NCBI GenBank assembly: GCA_030248215.1
Contig: JASANG010001649.1
Coordinates: 558,001 to 592,091, forward strand
DNA length: 34,091 nt
Source: Enoplolaimus lenunculus
Lineage: Eukaryota
Reading direction: 5' to 3'
Positions 13,001 to 22,818 of the stretch are shown here, piece after piece; position 1 is the first letter of the stretch, and every line of letters begins with the position of its first letter. The position numbers were made by a program, and so were the translations under genes. The notes beneath the pieces were generated by a model. It had not been told where the DNA came from. It was given only the letters and a program-made list of their open reading frames with translations, and did not search any database.

Positions 13001-13839
13001 TTCATCCGTTTCATAAACTTCCGCTTCTGCGATTGTCGTTTCATCATCTTCCTCGTCATCATCGTTATTATCATAGGAAATCTCGCCGTGGTGATATTCT
13101 TCATTTTCACAATCAGATTTCAGGCATATCTTTTTATCTTGAGGTCCAAAACGAACGCCTGATGTTTCTCCAGCAGCGTTACGCAATCTCCTGCATGTTC
13201 TTCGCGGTCGCAAATGTCTGGTTACTAAAGCAGAGACGTCATTAGAATTGAATGTATTATGGTCCTCATCGTTTTCACCGTTGCCACTTGTACTTGGTTC
13301 TGGTTCATCATTTAACGATTGACCGTTTGTGGTGAGGTGCTGTGCGTCAAAACTTTTGGTGCTACAAGCATTTAGCCAGCGACTGTTGTTCACATTTGCA
13401 TCGACTTTGCTACAGTCTTCACTGTCACATCTGTTGAAATCCGCATTTCTCAAAGTATCTTCATTTTCCGCAACCTCTCCAATCGCTGTCGGATTGTTTA
13501 CTATTCCAGAGGTTTTGGTGCGACAAAGGATACCTGATTCTTCATGGTCTATAACACCAGAAACGAACTAAAAACGAAGTATAACATATGCAGAGAAGCT
13601 GCCGAGTGTTTGTTACTAAACAATATTTAAATCACTAACTCTTTCCTTTGTATTGCAAAACAGTCAGACCACACGAGTTTGATACTTATATACTTTAACG
13701 ATGCTATAAACTTAACTCAAGTTGTAAACCTTAGTAAGAAACTAACTAGGTTTGATTTTAATCAGTTATCAGTTACTGCGCGCAATAACAAATCTATATT
13801 AACACAACCAGCCGTACCAATGTTCTCTTCCATTTTCAT
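2793..13839 (-). CDS. MIER1: MIER-family (mesoderm induction early response) ELM2-SANT transcriptional co-repressor; 11 coding exons, about 2173 aa
   Basis: Manual splicing with GT-AG sites in compatible phases: 13839-13818 (tentative), 13548-12968, 12654-12543, 11484-10691, 10327-10249, 9999-9904, 9228-8972, 8524-8434, 7973-7876, 7549-7422, 7056-2793 (6522 nt in total). The product has the MIER N-terminal motif (DDETTIAEAE...QEIDDLAN-MANWSMEKLLSMYG), ELM2 (IKIGPQYQANIP...DNEK-ALQVLTRSGFDYQSAL) and SANT (WSQNERDAFEDGLMKYGKKFYLIKKHC-LPDKPVNELVFFYYLWKKS). The symbol denotes the family; MIER1/2/3 orthology is not resolved. Confidence 0.9.
7422..7549 (-). CDS. MIER1: MIER-like exon, C-terminal half of SANT (LPDKPVNELVFFYYLWKKSPARQAWLHRYHAESRRYVPHPLN)
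   Basis: ttttag acceptor and gtaagt donor; 128 nt; FYYLWKKS SANT signature. Not in the ORF track. Confidence 0.93.
7876..7973 (-). CDS. MIER1: MIER-like exon, N-terminal half of SANT (LPINKWSQNERDAFEDGLMKYGKKFYLIKKHC)
   Basis: tttcag acceptor and gtaggt donor; 98 nt; W-x5-F-x2-GL-x2-YGK-x-F-like SANT pattern. Confidence 0.93.
8434..8524 (-). CDS. MIER1: MIER-like exon, end of ELM2 (ALQVLTRSGFDYQSALKTVTQSPSILQAKK)
   Basis: ttttag acceptor and gttagt donor; 91 nt; phases match both neighbours; resembles MIER1 ALYELVKCNFDTEEAL. Confidence 0.88.
8972..9228 (-). CDS. MIER1: MIER-like exon, ELM2 middle (EDYLKAIDQLL...IPDNEK) with a low-complexity insert
   Basis: Lies within ORF 8954..9403; tttttag acceptor, AAG|gtaaga donor; 257 nt. 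Confidence 0.88.
9257..9322. repeat. Imperfect (TA)n microsatellite in an intron
   Basis: Seen directly in the sequence. Confidence 0.9.
9644..9700 (+). mobile_element. Degenerate tRNA-derived SINE head
   Basis: Perfect Pol III B-box GGTTCGAGTCC at 9688-9698; weak A-box; no closed cloverleaf. Confidence 0.35.
9904..9999 (-). CDS. MIER1: MIER-like exon, ELM2 (ESNTKSSDQCNVDRMIPVWKPPYDDEEQTKK)
   Basis: ctacag acceptor, A|gtaaga donor; phase 1 at both ends; VWKP corresponds to the ELM2 LLWDP motif. Confidence 0.85.
10249..10327 (-). CDS. MIER1: MIER-like exon, start of ELM2 (SIKIGPQYQANIPDVVEIGDNGRHMT)
   Basis: ttacag acceptor, G|gtaaga donor; IxxGxxYQAxIP ELM2 signature. Confidence 0.92.
10691..11484 (-). 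CDS. MIER1: MIER-like exon, acidic/disordered region ending DDDEDYEPP...FYKEPP
   Basis: Lies within ORF 10604..11524; ttgtag acceptor, CCG|gtaagt donor; 794 nt; DEDYEP resembles the acidic motif preceding ELM2 in MIER proteins. Confidence 0.87.
11556..12468. mobile_element. Non-autonomous hAT DNA transposon (913 bp) in a MIER intron
   Basis: TIRs CAGGGTTATT ... AATAATCCTG (1 mismatch). Perfect 8-bp TSD TTACAATG at 11548-11555 and 12469-12476. No transposase ORF. Confidence 0.9.
12543..12654 (-). CDS. MIER1: MIER-like exon (MANWSMEKLLSMYGPP...)
   Basis: ttctag acceptor, A|gtaaga donor; resembles MIER1 EGDMPIHELLSLYG. Confidence 0.88.
12968..13548 (-). CDS. MIER1: MIER-like exon, N-terminal acidic region ending QQEIDDLAN
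   Basis: Donor AAT|gttagt. The acceptor is either ttatag at 13549 (phase 1, giving DHE) or ttttag at 13568 (phase 0); the frame is open in both cases. Confidence 0.8.
13818..13839 (-). CDS. Candidate first coding exon (MKMEENI), within an exon starting at about 13864
   Basis: ATG AAA ATG GAA GAG AAC ATT G|gtacgg is phase 1 and fits the 13549 acceptor. An upstream pyrimidine-rich tttag acceptor lies at 13865. Too short to confirm by homology. Confidence 0.45.
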
Positions 13840-14644
13840 ACACGTGTTTAATGGCAAATAGTCGCTAAATATGAATAGCAAAACGTGCAAAACAAAATAT
13901 TTCACACATGTTTAATCCTTTAAATCATAAAACACTCACAAAGACATACAATTAATTACTACGTAAGTAGATAATCCTTTATTGTCGGAGAACTGGGTCC
14001 GACAAATAGTTCACCTGTATTAAGCGGATATCCAGTCCTATAAAATTGGCACGAAATATTCGAAAAAAGCTCATATTTAAGGTAGAAACTAAACACACAG
14101 CGTAGTGAACTGAAAACGCAAGTCCATGAAAATTTATATCAGTACCCCCAAAATATTCCTCCATTTTAAAGAAACATTTAAGTAATCAATTGCCGTTACA
14201 AGATTTTTTTACTCTTGGGCCTAATCCTAAACTAACAATAAATACCCCATGTAAAATATACTAGCTACGTAGCTTACAAAAAGAACTTTAAATCTAAGAG
14301 TGTTAAGATGACTTCAGTATGTAAATTATGTTGCTTATAATAACATACAAATCACATTCGACCTACTGCAACCCATGTTTTCTTTTTGAAAATAAAATCC
14401 AGGTTACGGGAATTTCCAAACGCTAATATGTTTGAAAGGACGTTGTAAAAAGATTTAAAATATGAACTATAAGCATGCATAATTTCTGTTCCTTTAGATG
14501 ATGCCTAATTTTATTCAGGATGTTACTACTGATGTGTTCTATTTGTATGAACTTGAAATGATTACTGTAACATCAGAACATTTTATATATAGTAGTTTGG
14601 TTGTTTTTGTTCGCTCCGCTTTGCCTTGCTATGTACGCAAGTTT

Positions 14645-14783
14645 TGGTTAATGTTACTTTTAGGGCCTTAAGCGTAGATTAAGCGGATTGCTAAACCTAT
14701 TAAGCCTAAGCCTAAGCGTTGTAAAATTGTATTTCTAAGCTAAGCCAAACCTAAAGCCTAAGCCTAAGCAAAAAATGTAGTCT
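14645..14783 (+). mobile_element. Partial copy of the (GCCTAA)n-containing MITE
   Basis: Aligns by eye with the reverse complement of 29270-29404 (aatgttacttt...gattaagcg...gcgttg...(gcctaa)n gcaaaa...atgta.tct). Confidence 0.7.
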
Positions 14784-14789
14784 CAGAAA

Positions 14790-15132
14790 CTCGACCTCCG
14801 GCTCCGGCTCCGGCTCCGGTAGAATTTTTGCCGGAGGTTCCGGCAATTAAGGTAGTAACATTTTGCATAATTTGGCAAAATTTATCTATTTAGCGCGTAT
14901 CGTTTTGCTTTCGTCGCGATTTTAAGGAAAGAATTTCCGAAATTTCGCCATGAAAGTAGCGTGAAACCAAACAACTTATAACAACATATTGCAGATATTA
15001 GTTAAAATTAACTAATTAACCATTATTTTTACTACCTAATTTCGCCTCACCTCCGGCTCCGGCTCCGGAAAGTTTCGTTGACCTCCGGCTCCGTCTCCGG
15101 CTCTGGCGTTTTTCACCTCCGGTTGCACCCTG
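14790..15132. mobile_element. Truncated hAT-type MITE with (CTCCGG)n subterminal repeats
   Basis: Two clusters of CTCCGG hexamers; right end ...GCACCCTG (reverse complement CAGGGTGC, hAT-like). Left TIR not found. Confidence 0.5.
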
Positions 15133-15902
15133 CACCGCTATTTGGCAAACGACATTATTAGATCTACGTCTCAGAAAGAACAGCTGAAATAATTTACACA
15201 ATCATTTAAGAATTGTAAAACCACGTCTACAAAAACGAACACTTGAAATACCTTTATTCTTTAGATTACTTTTCAGAACACAAAAATTTGCATAACCAGC
15301 CAGCGACTTCGATCTCATGCGCAAACGTACTGATAAACAGCTTCAACAATACTGCACCCAACAAAGCCCAGAGGCGTAACCATGTTTTCACACAATAAAC
15401 AACAACACAAACATACATTTACGCACATTTAAGCCACACACAATAAGGATTTTAAACTTCATAAAAAATTTTCGGCCAGGAAGTATATAGAACCCGCTTA
15501 TAATAAAAGAACAGCGGGCAAATTTGCCCCTCCCATGTCAGATATGACTTGAGCATTCCCTGCGTACCACTTGCAATATCGCACCGATTCCGCAGTCTCC
15601 GTTTAGTTCAGACCCATATTAGTACATGTACACCGCTCTAGCAAGCTTTCCCTGCAGAAATATTTTGTACTGCACTTTTGAGATCAAGACTCACTGGGCA
15701 GCAGGGTCACGGATTAGTGGCAACGCTCCTAGGGTCTTCTAAGATTTAGCCCAAAAGGCCGCACACAAACCTGGGCGGCTGACTCGGCCACACATCTTGT
15801 CACATGTGTTCCGGCCCTTAGGCTCTAAGTTTTCAATTGCGTTTTTGAGTATGTAAACGCAGCCACATCTCTACACGAAGGGACTATAGCGAGGTATCAC
15901 CA

Positions 15903-16952
15903 CAATTCCTCGCTCGACAACTCGTCGACCCGACTACTTGTCGCCTGCCAGTAGTTGTACCGACAACTCGCCCACCCCGACAACTCTTCGACCTCGACAA
16001 CTCGTCGATCCGAAAGCTCGTCGACCCCGACAACTGGTCGCCCCGACAACTCGTAGACCCGACAACTTGTCGCCCCGGCAACTCGTTCACCACGACAAGT
16101 CGTCGACCCGACAGCTCGACGACCCCGACCACACGTCGACCCCGACAACTCCTCGACTCCGACAACTCGTCGACCCCTACAACTCCTCGGCTAGACCACT
16201 CGTCGACCACGACAGTTTGTCACCCTGACAAGTAGCCAACTCTGACAACCTGTGGACAAACAACTTGTCGACCCCGAAAACTCGTCGACCCCGACAGTTT
16301 GTCGCCCTCACAACTCGCCAACAATATCAATTTGTCCCCTCGGCAACTCTTAGATCCCAACAACTTGTCGACCCAGACAACTTGTCGCCCCGACAACTCG
16401 ACAACTCTGACAACTTGTGGCCCCGACAACTCGTCGATCCCGACAACTCGTCGACCCCAACAACTCGCCGACCCAGACAACTCGTCGTCTATGACAACTC
16501 GTCGCCTAGAGCCTAGAGAACTCGTAGACCACGACAGTTTGTCGCCCTGATAACTCGCCAACCCTGACAACTTGTGGCCAAACAACTCGTCGATCCCGAC
16601 AACTTGCCGACCCAGACAACTCGTCGACCACGACAACTCGTCGACCCCGAAAACTCGTCGACCTCGACAACTGGTCGCCTATACAAGTAGTAGACTTCGA
16701 CAGTTTGTCGCCCTCACAACTCGCCAACAATATCAACTTGTCCCCTCGACAACTCTTTGATCCCGACAACTTGTCGACCCAGACAACTTGTCGCCCCGAC
16801 AACTCGTCAACTCGGCAATTGGTCGCCCCGAAAACTCGTCGATCCCGACAACTAGTGGACCCCAACAACTTGTCGACCACCAGAACTTGTCGCCTCGACA
16901 ACTCGTCAACCCGGCAATTTGTTGGCCCTGACAGCGCGACGGCCTCGACAAC
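15903..16952. repeat. CpG-rich minisatellite, ~16-17-bp unit (CGACAACTCGTCGACCC) with higher-order repeats
   Basis: Dozens of degenerate tandem units; a ~100-bp variant block recurs at 16298 and 16704. Confidence 0.95.
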
Positions 16953-17337
16953 TGTAGAGAAATGACTGCCCTGTCACCTCGCTCCTTTTTGAAAACAATT
17001 TCACCGGCCCGGTTACTGCCGAGATTATCGCAAAAGGGCATAATGTGGGCAGTGGAGACAGGATTTTCAGGATTGCAAGCTTGCGATCCTGCATTTTTCT
17101 GAACTCCAGGCACCTGCAATTGTAATTGAATTCCAATTTATTAAGGGTACCACAGTTTTTGTACCCGAGTTCCTAGTATCTCCTATCTATTTGCCGATCT
17201 GGGGCTGGTCAAACACACACAGCTGCGTGTGTTTCTTCCCGGTTTTTGTTCCTTTGTTGGTTTTGCGCTTTCTGGTGTTTTACTTTTATGCAGCTGCTTT
17301 GCAGCTTTCTGCCACTAGTTCGCGAACTAGCAAACAA

Positions 17338-17444
17338 ATTTGCATAAATTGGTTACTTTTCGAAAAATTATCGAAATTTATGCAAATTTCGAAGTTCGAT
17401 ATGCAAATTAAGCCTTCAGTTAGCCAAAATTATCAGCTATAAAA
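17338..17444 (+). promoter_or_regulatory. LTR Pol II promoter: three octamer motifs plus a TATA box
   Basis: ATTTGCAT 17338, ATGCAAAT 17380 and 17401, TATAAAA 17438; CAGT Inr-like site at ~17470; AATAAA at 17516. Confidence 0.7.
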
Positions 17445-17927
17445 GCGCTCAAACCGTAGCCTCGGCGCACAGTAGTCATATTTGAAGCTGTTTCATTTTG
17501 ATTTTTGGATGGTTTAATAAACGTTGCTTCTGTTTACTATTGCTTGTAAGCTTTAATATTGGCATGGCAGATACGGCTTTATCAGGGGTTACCTGCCCGC
17601 GGCAGCGGGTATGTCGGTCGTTGGTGAATAACTGGGGTTGTTGTGACTACGGAATGGCAGATGTACCCCGTGGGATGGGGTGGCAAAATCAAAATGCCCA
17701 GCCATTCCACCGACCAGCTCGTGCACTTCCTGAAGTTGTGGTAAGATTATTTTATATCTACACCTGCATGTTTTTGCTGGCTCTATACAAGAGCGTGGTT
17801 GCTCACCAAATTATTGCTGAAATCCAGGCTACACTCTAAGTCGCTATTTTTATGTACCTTACATTTTAGCCAAAGTTTGAAAGTAATCATCATAAATTTA
17901 GTGATAAATACTGTTGACTCAAAAACA

Positions 17928-18125
17928 ATGGCTTCACGACCTGCAAGTAGGGTGTCCTCGCCCCTAAATCCGGATGCGCCGGAATTCCAACCCTCGGCCT
18001 CTGACGCCAGGTGGGTAGCTTCTCACCTGACACCGGAGGTCGAGGCGGAATTGGAGGCAATGCAATTACAGAACGCCGCGGACGATGCACACAGGGTAAT
18101 GCTGTTTTTGAGTCAAGCTTATTAG
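17928..18125 (+). CDS. Small ORF (65 aa unspliced) with a PAM2 PABP-interacting motif, inside the LTR
   Basis: aaaaacaATGG context; SPLNPDAPEFQP (17958-17993) matches the PAM2 consensus xxLNxxAxEFxP; GC-rich, coding-like composition; possible donor AGG|gtaatg at 18096. Confidence 0.6.
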   Translation: MASRPASRVSSPLNPDAPEFQPSASDARWVASHLTPEVEAELEAMQLQNAADDAHRVMLFLSQAY

Positions 18126-19041
18126 TTTATTTCGTTCGTAGTTAGTAACGTTTACTAAGTTGTTTTTGTGAAATTTTTTTAGTTGCTAGTAAATTTCTAA
18201 CACCGGAGTAGTTCCATTGGCTGTTAGATAATCTACCTGCTTCGCGATGCTTAGGCTTAAGCGATCCACCCGCATGGTGGGGCCTAAGCTTAGCTCCCTC
18301 TATACATAGTATTTATCACACACATTATGTTGCACCAACTCATTTCAGACCAGTCTGTACTGTGCCTCTCAGTCTCGTTCTTATCTTTCAGGTCTCGCTT
18401 TTCTGTTATCTCTGCTGGGTCGACCCGCCTTTTTCTTAGTTCTCCCCAGTGCAAGTCTAGTCACCCGCGGGTCGTGCGCATAAGTTGCTTAGTATGCATG
18501 AGCAATGTAGAGCGCACGTTTTAGTCTTAAAGTGAATTGGTGCTAGTTAAGTATTAAGTGCGTTTTATCATTTGGAGAGTAGCCCGCAGTCTAAAGGAAA
18601 TAGTACACGAAATTTTATTTAGTTGATAAATGGTGTGCTGAAATCGATATTGAGTAGAATTCGCAAAGCGTACGCATTTTATTTAGATTTGCGATATTAC
18701 GCAAAGAAATAATGATCAATGCGAGCCGAAATTTTTCAATAGCTCGCAAAGTTCGTTTTGCTCGCTGTCACCTAGTTTTGCCTGTTGTCACTCAGCTTAG
18801 TGACAAGTGCCCGTCTAGTCAGATTCCATCCGTCGTTGTGACGGCCTGGTTGTATCGTTACGCATGCGGGATTCCGAGCGTTGGCGGCTTACGGCTACGC
18901 TTAGGCTTAGAGTCGTTAGCTGAACTTAGCCGTTTCAGTTAGTTGCTCTTAGGCTGGGTGAAGTTGCTTGTCTCGGAGCGTGCATGGGTGGCGATATAGC
19001 TTAGGCCGGGAGACATTTCATTCATGTTGGAATCCTCGTAA

Positions 19042-19221
19042 CCCTCTCGTGTTGGTGACTTTCGGACTTACCTACCCAGTCACGGGACGCTGCAAAATCG
19101 CGAAAGAGCTGTTTAATTTTCCATCATAGGTCAAAAGTAGCCGAGGGTAGGCGGCCGCAAAACTTTTAGACTTATATGGGGGCTACTCCCGCTCTCGTAT
19201 AAGGTCACCACACACGGGGGG
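19042..19221 (+). ncRNA. Predicted structured cis-RNA element (kissing loop) in the LTR
   Basis: Stems conserved with compensatory changes relative to 24602-24779; loops CCTACCC (19071) and GGGTAGG (19145) are complementary. Confidence 0.55.
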
Positions 19222-19665
19222 ATTGCATGACCCTATCTTTATTCCATGTTATTCCCCGTGTACATACGTAGGTTAATCGCCCCCTTAAATTGCATTTTTT
19301 TGTATTTTATTCAACTTTTAGGTTTGTGGCCCCAAAATAATTAATCGCCCCAGTATGTGACGTTTCTTTGTCTAACATGTTTTAGAATTTGAAGACTAAC
19401 ATGGTTTGCACGGCAGTGCAAACCATATGGCAATCACACTACTGATCGCGTCGTTTACATCATGAGTTTAACGTAAGGAAACAAATGTAAGACCAAAACA
19501 GACATTAGTCTCCAGAATTGTAAGTATTGCAGTTATTAACATTGTAATTCTTATTGCCTGATTGTGGCAAGTCTAAATTTAGTCAGAGAATGTCTTAATA
19601 ATCTGTGCAGTCGTTTTAATTTTTTACAACACTAAAGATCTCAGCCAAAAACACCATATTTCGAG

Positions 19666-19851
19666 TTAGTGGACCCCGACAACTTGTCGACCACGAGAAC
19701 TTGTCGCCCCGACAACTCGTCAACCCGACAATTTGTTGGCCCTGACAGCGCGACGGCCTCGACAACTCGGCGACTCCGACAACTCGTCGACCCATACAAC
19801 TCGTCTGCTAGACCACTCGTAGATCACGAAAGTTTGTCGCCCTGACAACTC
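19666..19851. repeat. Continuation of the 17-bp minisatellite after the LTR insertion
   Basis: Same unit; 19667-19766 matches 16853-16952, and 19771-19850 matches ~16154-16230. Confidence 0.92.
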
Positions 19852-20559
19852 AAGTCATGTTTAACCTCTTTTAGTATCATATCCGCACAAGATTTAGCAT
19901 CCAAAACCTCTTTGCATTTGTTGAACAACGACATGTTTTTCAAAGTTTGCGTTTCTACCAAAAAAGATTTTTGCAGTCGCAGGCATAATAGCGTGAATAC
20001 GTTTGCTATTTTTTGACAATTCGGTTTTGATACTTTCTTGTTCAAAAAGTAATTGGTACCTGCCAGATGCTGGCGACAGTCGTACGGGCAGAAAATTATA
20101 ATTTAGCAGCTGGATATAAATCTTTTCGACCTTATCGAATCATTTTTACAGGTTTGAAAAATGCCGTAATTGTTAATTGGTTTTCTGTCCTTAGCGCCAG
20201 CGTTCAAAAAAATGATAACGCAAGTTTTCGTATTGGTATGAGGATGGTGGCAGGAAGTTCGACATTGTTGAAATTGCTTAATCGTTGCTTCACTTTAGGT
20301 TCCGGTGTCGGCGCCAGCTCCGTTAAAAGGTCTCCACACCAGTTAAGGTTGCTGTTCGAATCCTTCTTGTGAGAAAGCGTTCATGGAAAATTTTCAATTG
20401 CTGTCTATGATGTATACACAAAGAAATGTTTTTATTTTATATTAAATAGCGGCTGGGAGGCGATCACTGCTTGCAGAATTTTGACGTATGCATTCGGTAT
20501 ATGTTATCCAAAAGTCTTAATTCTTTTTGTTATTAATTGAACCAGTGATAAACACCATA

Positions 20560-21001
20560 CTGCATTGACCCGAATAAGAGGGGGTAATAAGAGGGGGTCC
20601 CCATTTTGAGTCCCGATCAATAGGAGTCCGTATCCCTAATAAGAGTCCGTAAGCGGTTAGAGTCCTTAAACCTTAATTAGAGTCCATAAATGTGAATTAA
20701 CCCTAATTGTAGCGCATAAATGACTCCAGGTCCAAATAATTTGACTTCAAAACTTTAAAGCGTACTTAAGTTTGAAAGTACATTCCAACGTATAACTTTG
20801 CATAATCGCTCAAGCTATTGACACAACACAAACAAACATTTAATTAACAGATAGTTGCAGTACCGGATATATATCAGTAACGAAGGATGGCGGAGCGTGG
20901 GTTAAAAATAAATAACAGTCCGTAACCGAATAACAAGGGGGTACCCTCTGGAGAGGCCAAATAAATATCAGTCCCCCCAGCTCTTATTCGGGTTAATACC
21001 G
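20560..21001. mobile_element. Tc1/mariner-pogo-type MITE (~440 bp)
   Basis: TIRs CTGCATTGACCCGAATAAGAG ... CTCTTATTCGGGTTAATACCG flanked by TA on both sides; internal GAGTCC repeats; non-coding. Confidence 0.8.
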
Positions 21002-22683
21002 TACTGATTTTCCATAGAAGTGCCTTCTGACTTCCCGTATAGCAAACCTCACACAATTCTTTTGGCTAAATCACATACCTGTGTTGGCTTTTCGTCACGT
21101 AGGTATAAGTTAAAGACAATACTAGCTGCGTTGAAATTTTACCCTCTATTTAATCAGATCGAATAAATATTATTGCAACTTCGCTACATTTTTATAGTCA
21201 TAAGTATATGGATAAGTAGAGCTGTTGCGGCTTGGGTAATGTTGACTGCTTGTGAGCATATCGAGAAATATAAATTGACGGTGTTCCATCCATGGCTTTG
21301 TCAAAAAAATCGAGCCGGAGCGTTTTTGGCGGAAGATAAAGGTCAGTCTACCCATTGCTGAAGTTACTAAGCTCGTTTGAGGGAATACGCGTCTAAAATA
21401 TGTCTGGATAACTAAGAATCAGTATAGGTTGTGAATGAAAAGTCACGAGGGAAGTGAGCTAGAAGCAAGATGAATTTGAAAACTATAACGGATTTTTTTC
21501 AACTGGTTATATTGCGGGGCTCCTAACGAGGAACGCACTTACCTGAAGGTCCCTGTTTAATGTTTTTCAGGGATATCTACGGCCCCTACCGTTCATCTTT
21601 CACGGCCATTGAAGCCATGCGAAAAATAAAAAATTATATGACTGAGATTTGAATTATTAATGAACGGTAGATTTTCCGTTGTCGCGGTGGGCTTTTTAGT
21701 TTTGAAGTTCAACCGCCGCAGGGTTTTTTTTTCAAATATGGGCCCATGTTGTCAACTGCTTATAGCACTAATCACGAGTTAGTAATAGTACCCATATATT
21801 TTGAATCATTCGATCGATAACTTTGAAGCTTGGCACCTTTTTTTGCATTTGAGCGTTCATATTTATGACCTAAATTTGGCATTTGTAGCTGCTGTAGTTC
21901 ACTTGTTTGCACACCTATTGCTAACTGGTGATAAGTCCTAACACTTTTGAAAATCAGGCCATAGCGCACACGCTCAAAGTGGTTTTTTGTTGACTAAATT
22001 TCAGAGTATTAAGATTATCTATATATTAAAACCGGAATGCTCCACGTATATACGTATTTTGGGCAGCGTTTCAGCAAATTTGTATATCCATACGCAAATT
22101 TGCTCCTTTAAGCGAAAAATTCCGTAGGTAGAAGATTGTTGTTTTTTCGTTTGTGTTGTTATTCTATAAGACGAAAAATGCTTACTTCATGCGCATATTT
22201 TCACATATATGTAATTTGTATATTGTCTTGAAGGCATCAATTTGGGACGTGTATTTTCTTCTGCGGATGGTCGGATTCAGGTGTCCATCATTCCTATTGA
22301 ACCCACACAGGCTAAAAAATTTGAATGGAATTGAAAACACAATTATCGATCAAGTTTCAAGGCTTAAGTGCAGACTTGCTTGAACAAATCCTTCTTAACA
22401 TATGCCAAAACATGGTATATTTTAAGAGTTGCACATGTGTGCAAATATGGATTATAAGTTGTTGTTAGAAAGCAATTTAATTTTAACTCCACTTATAGAA
22501 TATTGTTAAAATTGACGATTTCAACTTTTTGAAATCCAAGAGTTAGCGAATTTGTTTTAGTTACAGCTTGCATAATACGTTTAGGCCTTTCTCACATAGA
22601 GTTGACTATGAGCAACTTAACGCAATGTGTGTAAAAATGAAATATGTACAGCACACTGGGTATAATACTACGTGTATACAATA

Positions 22684-22818
22684 GGGGCCCATTTTGATTC
22701 CCAATCAAGAGGAGTCCGTATTCCTTATAAGAGTCCGTAAGCAGATACTTAGGGCCCTTAAACCCTAATTAGAGTTCATAAATGTCAATTATCACTAATC
22801 GTACCGCATAAATGACTC
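22684..22818 (+). mobile_element. Fragment of the 20560-21001 MITE family, interrupted by the LTR element
   Basis: Aligns with ~20594-20726 up to ...cgcataaatgactc, where the LTR's TGTA begins. Confidence 0.8.

Larger units (their letters stand above)
16953..19665 (+). mobile_element. Diverged LTR (16953-19628, 2676 bp) plus ~37 bp of PBS-region sequence, same family as 22819-27739
   Basis: TGTAGAGAAA...TTTTTACA ends. Homologous to 22819-25209 over the first ~520 bp and patchily from ~18250 to the end. Inserted in the minisatellite. Confidence 0.8.

Noticed and set aside
15884..16965. Many overlapping ORFs and a superficially CRISPR-like periodicity
   Set aside because: Contiguous degenerate tandem units without unique spacers, no cas genes, eukaryotic context. 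The ORFs are by-products of a stop-poor repeat.
19852..20400. Coding-like minus-strand fragments next to the satellite
   Set aside because: Interrupted frames, no recognisable domain and no consistent splice model.
21173..21440. Possible decayed Harbinger transposase N-terminus (VFHPWL...GAF)
   Set aside because: Only a few residues resemble it, with stops and frameshifts. It needs a TBLASTN/HMM search and cannot be supported by eye.
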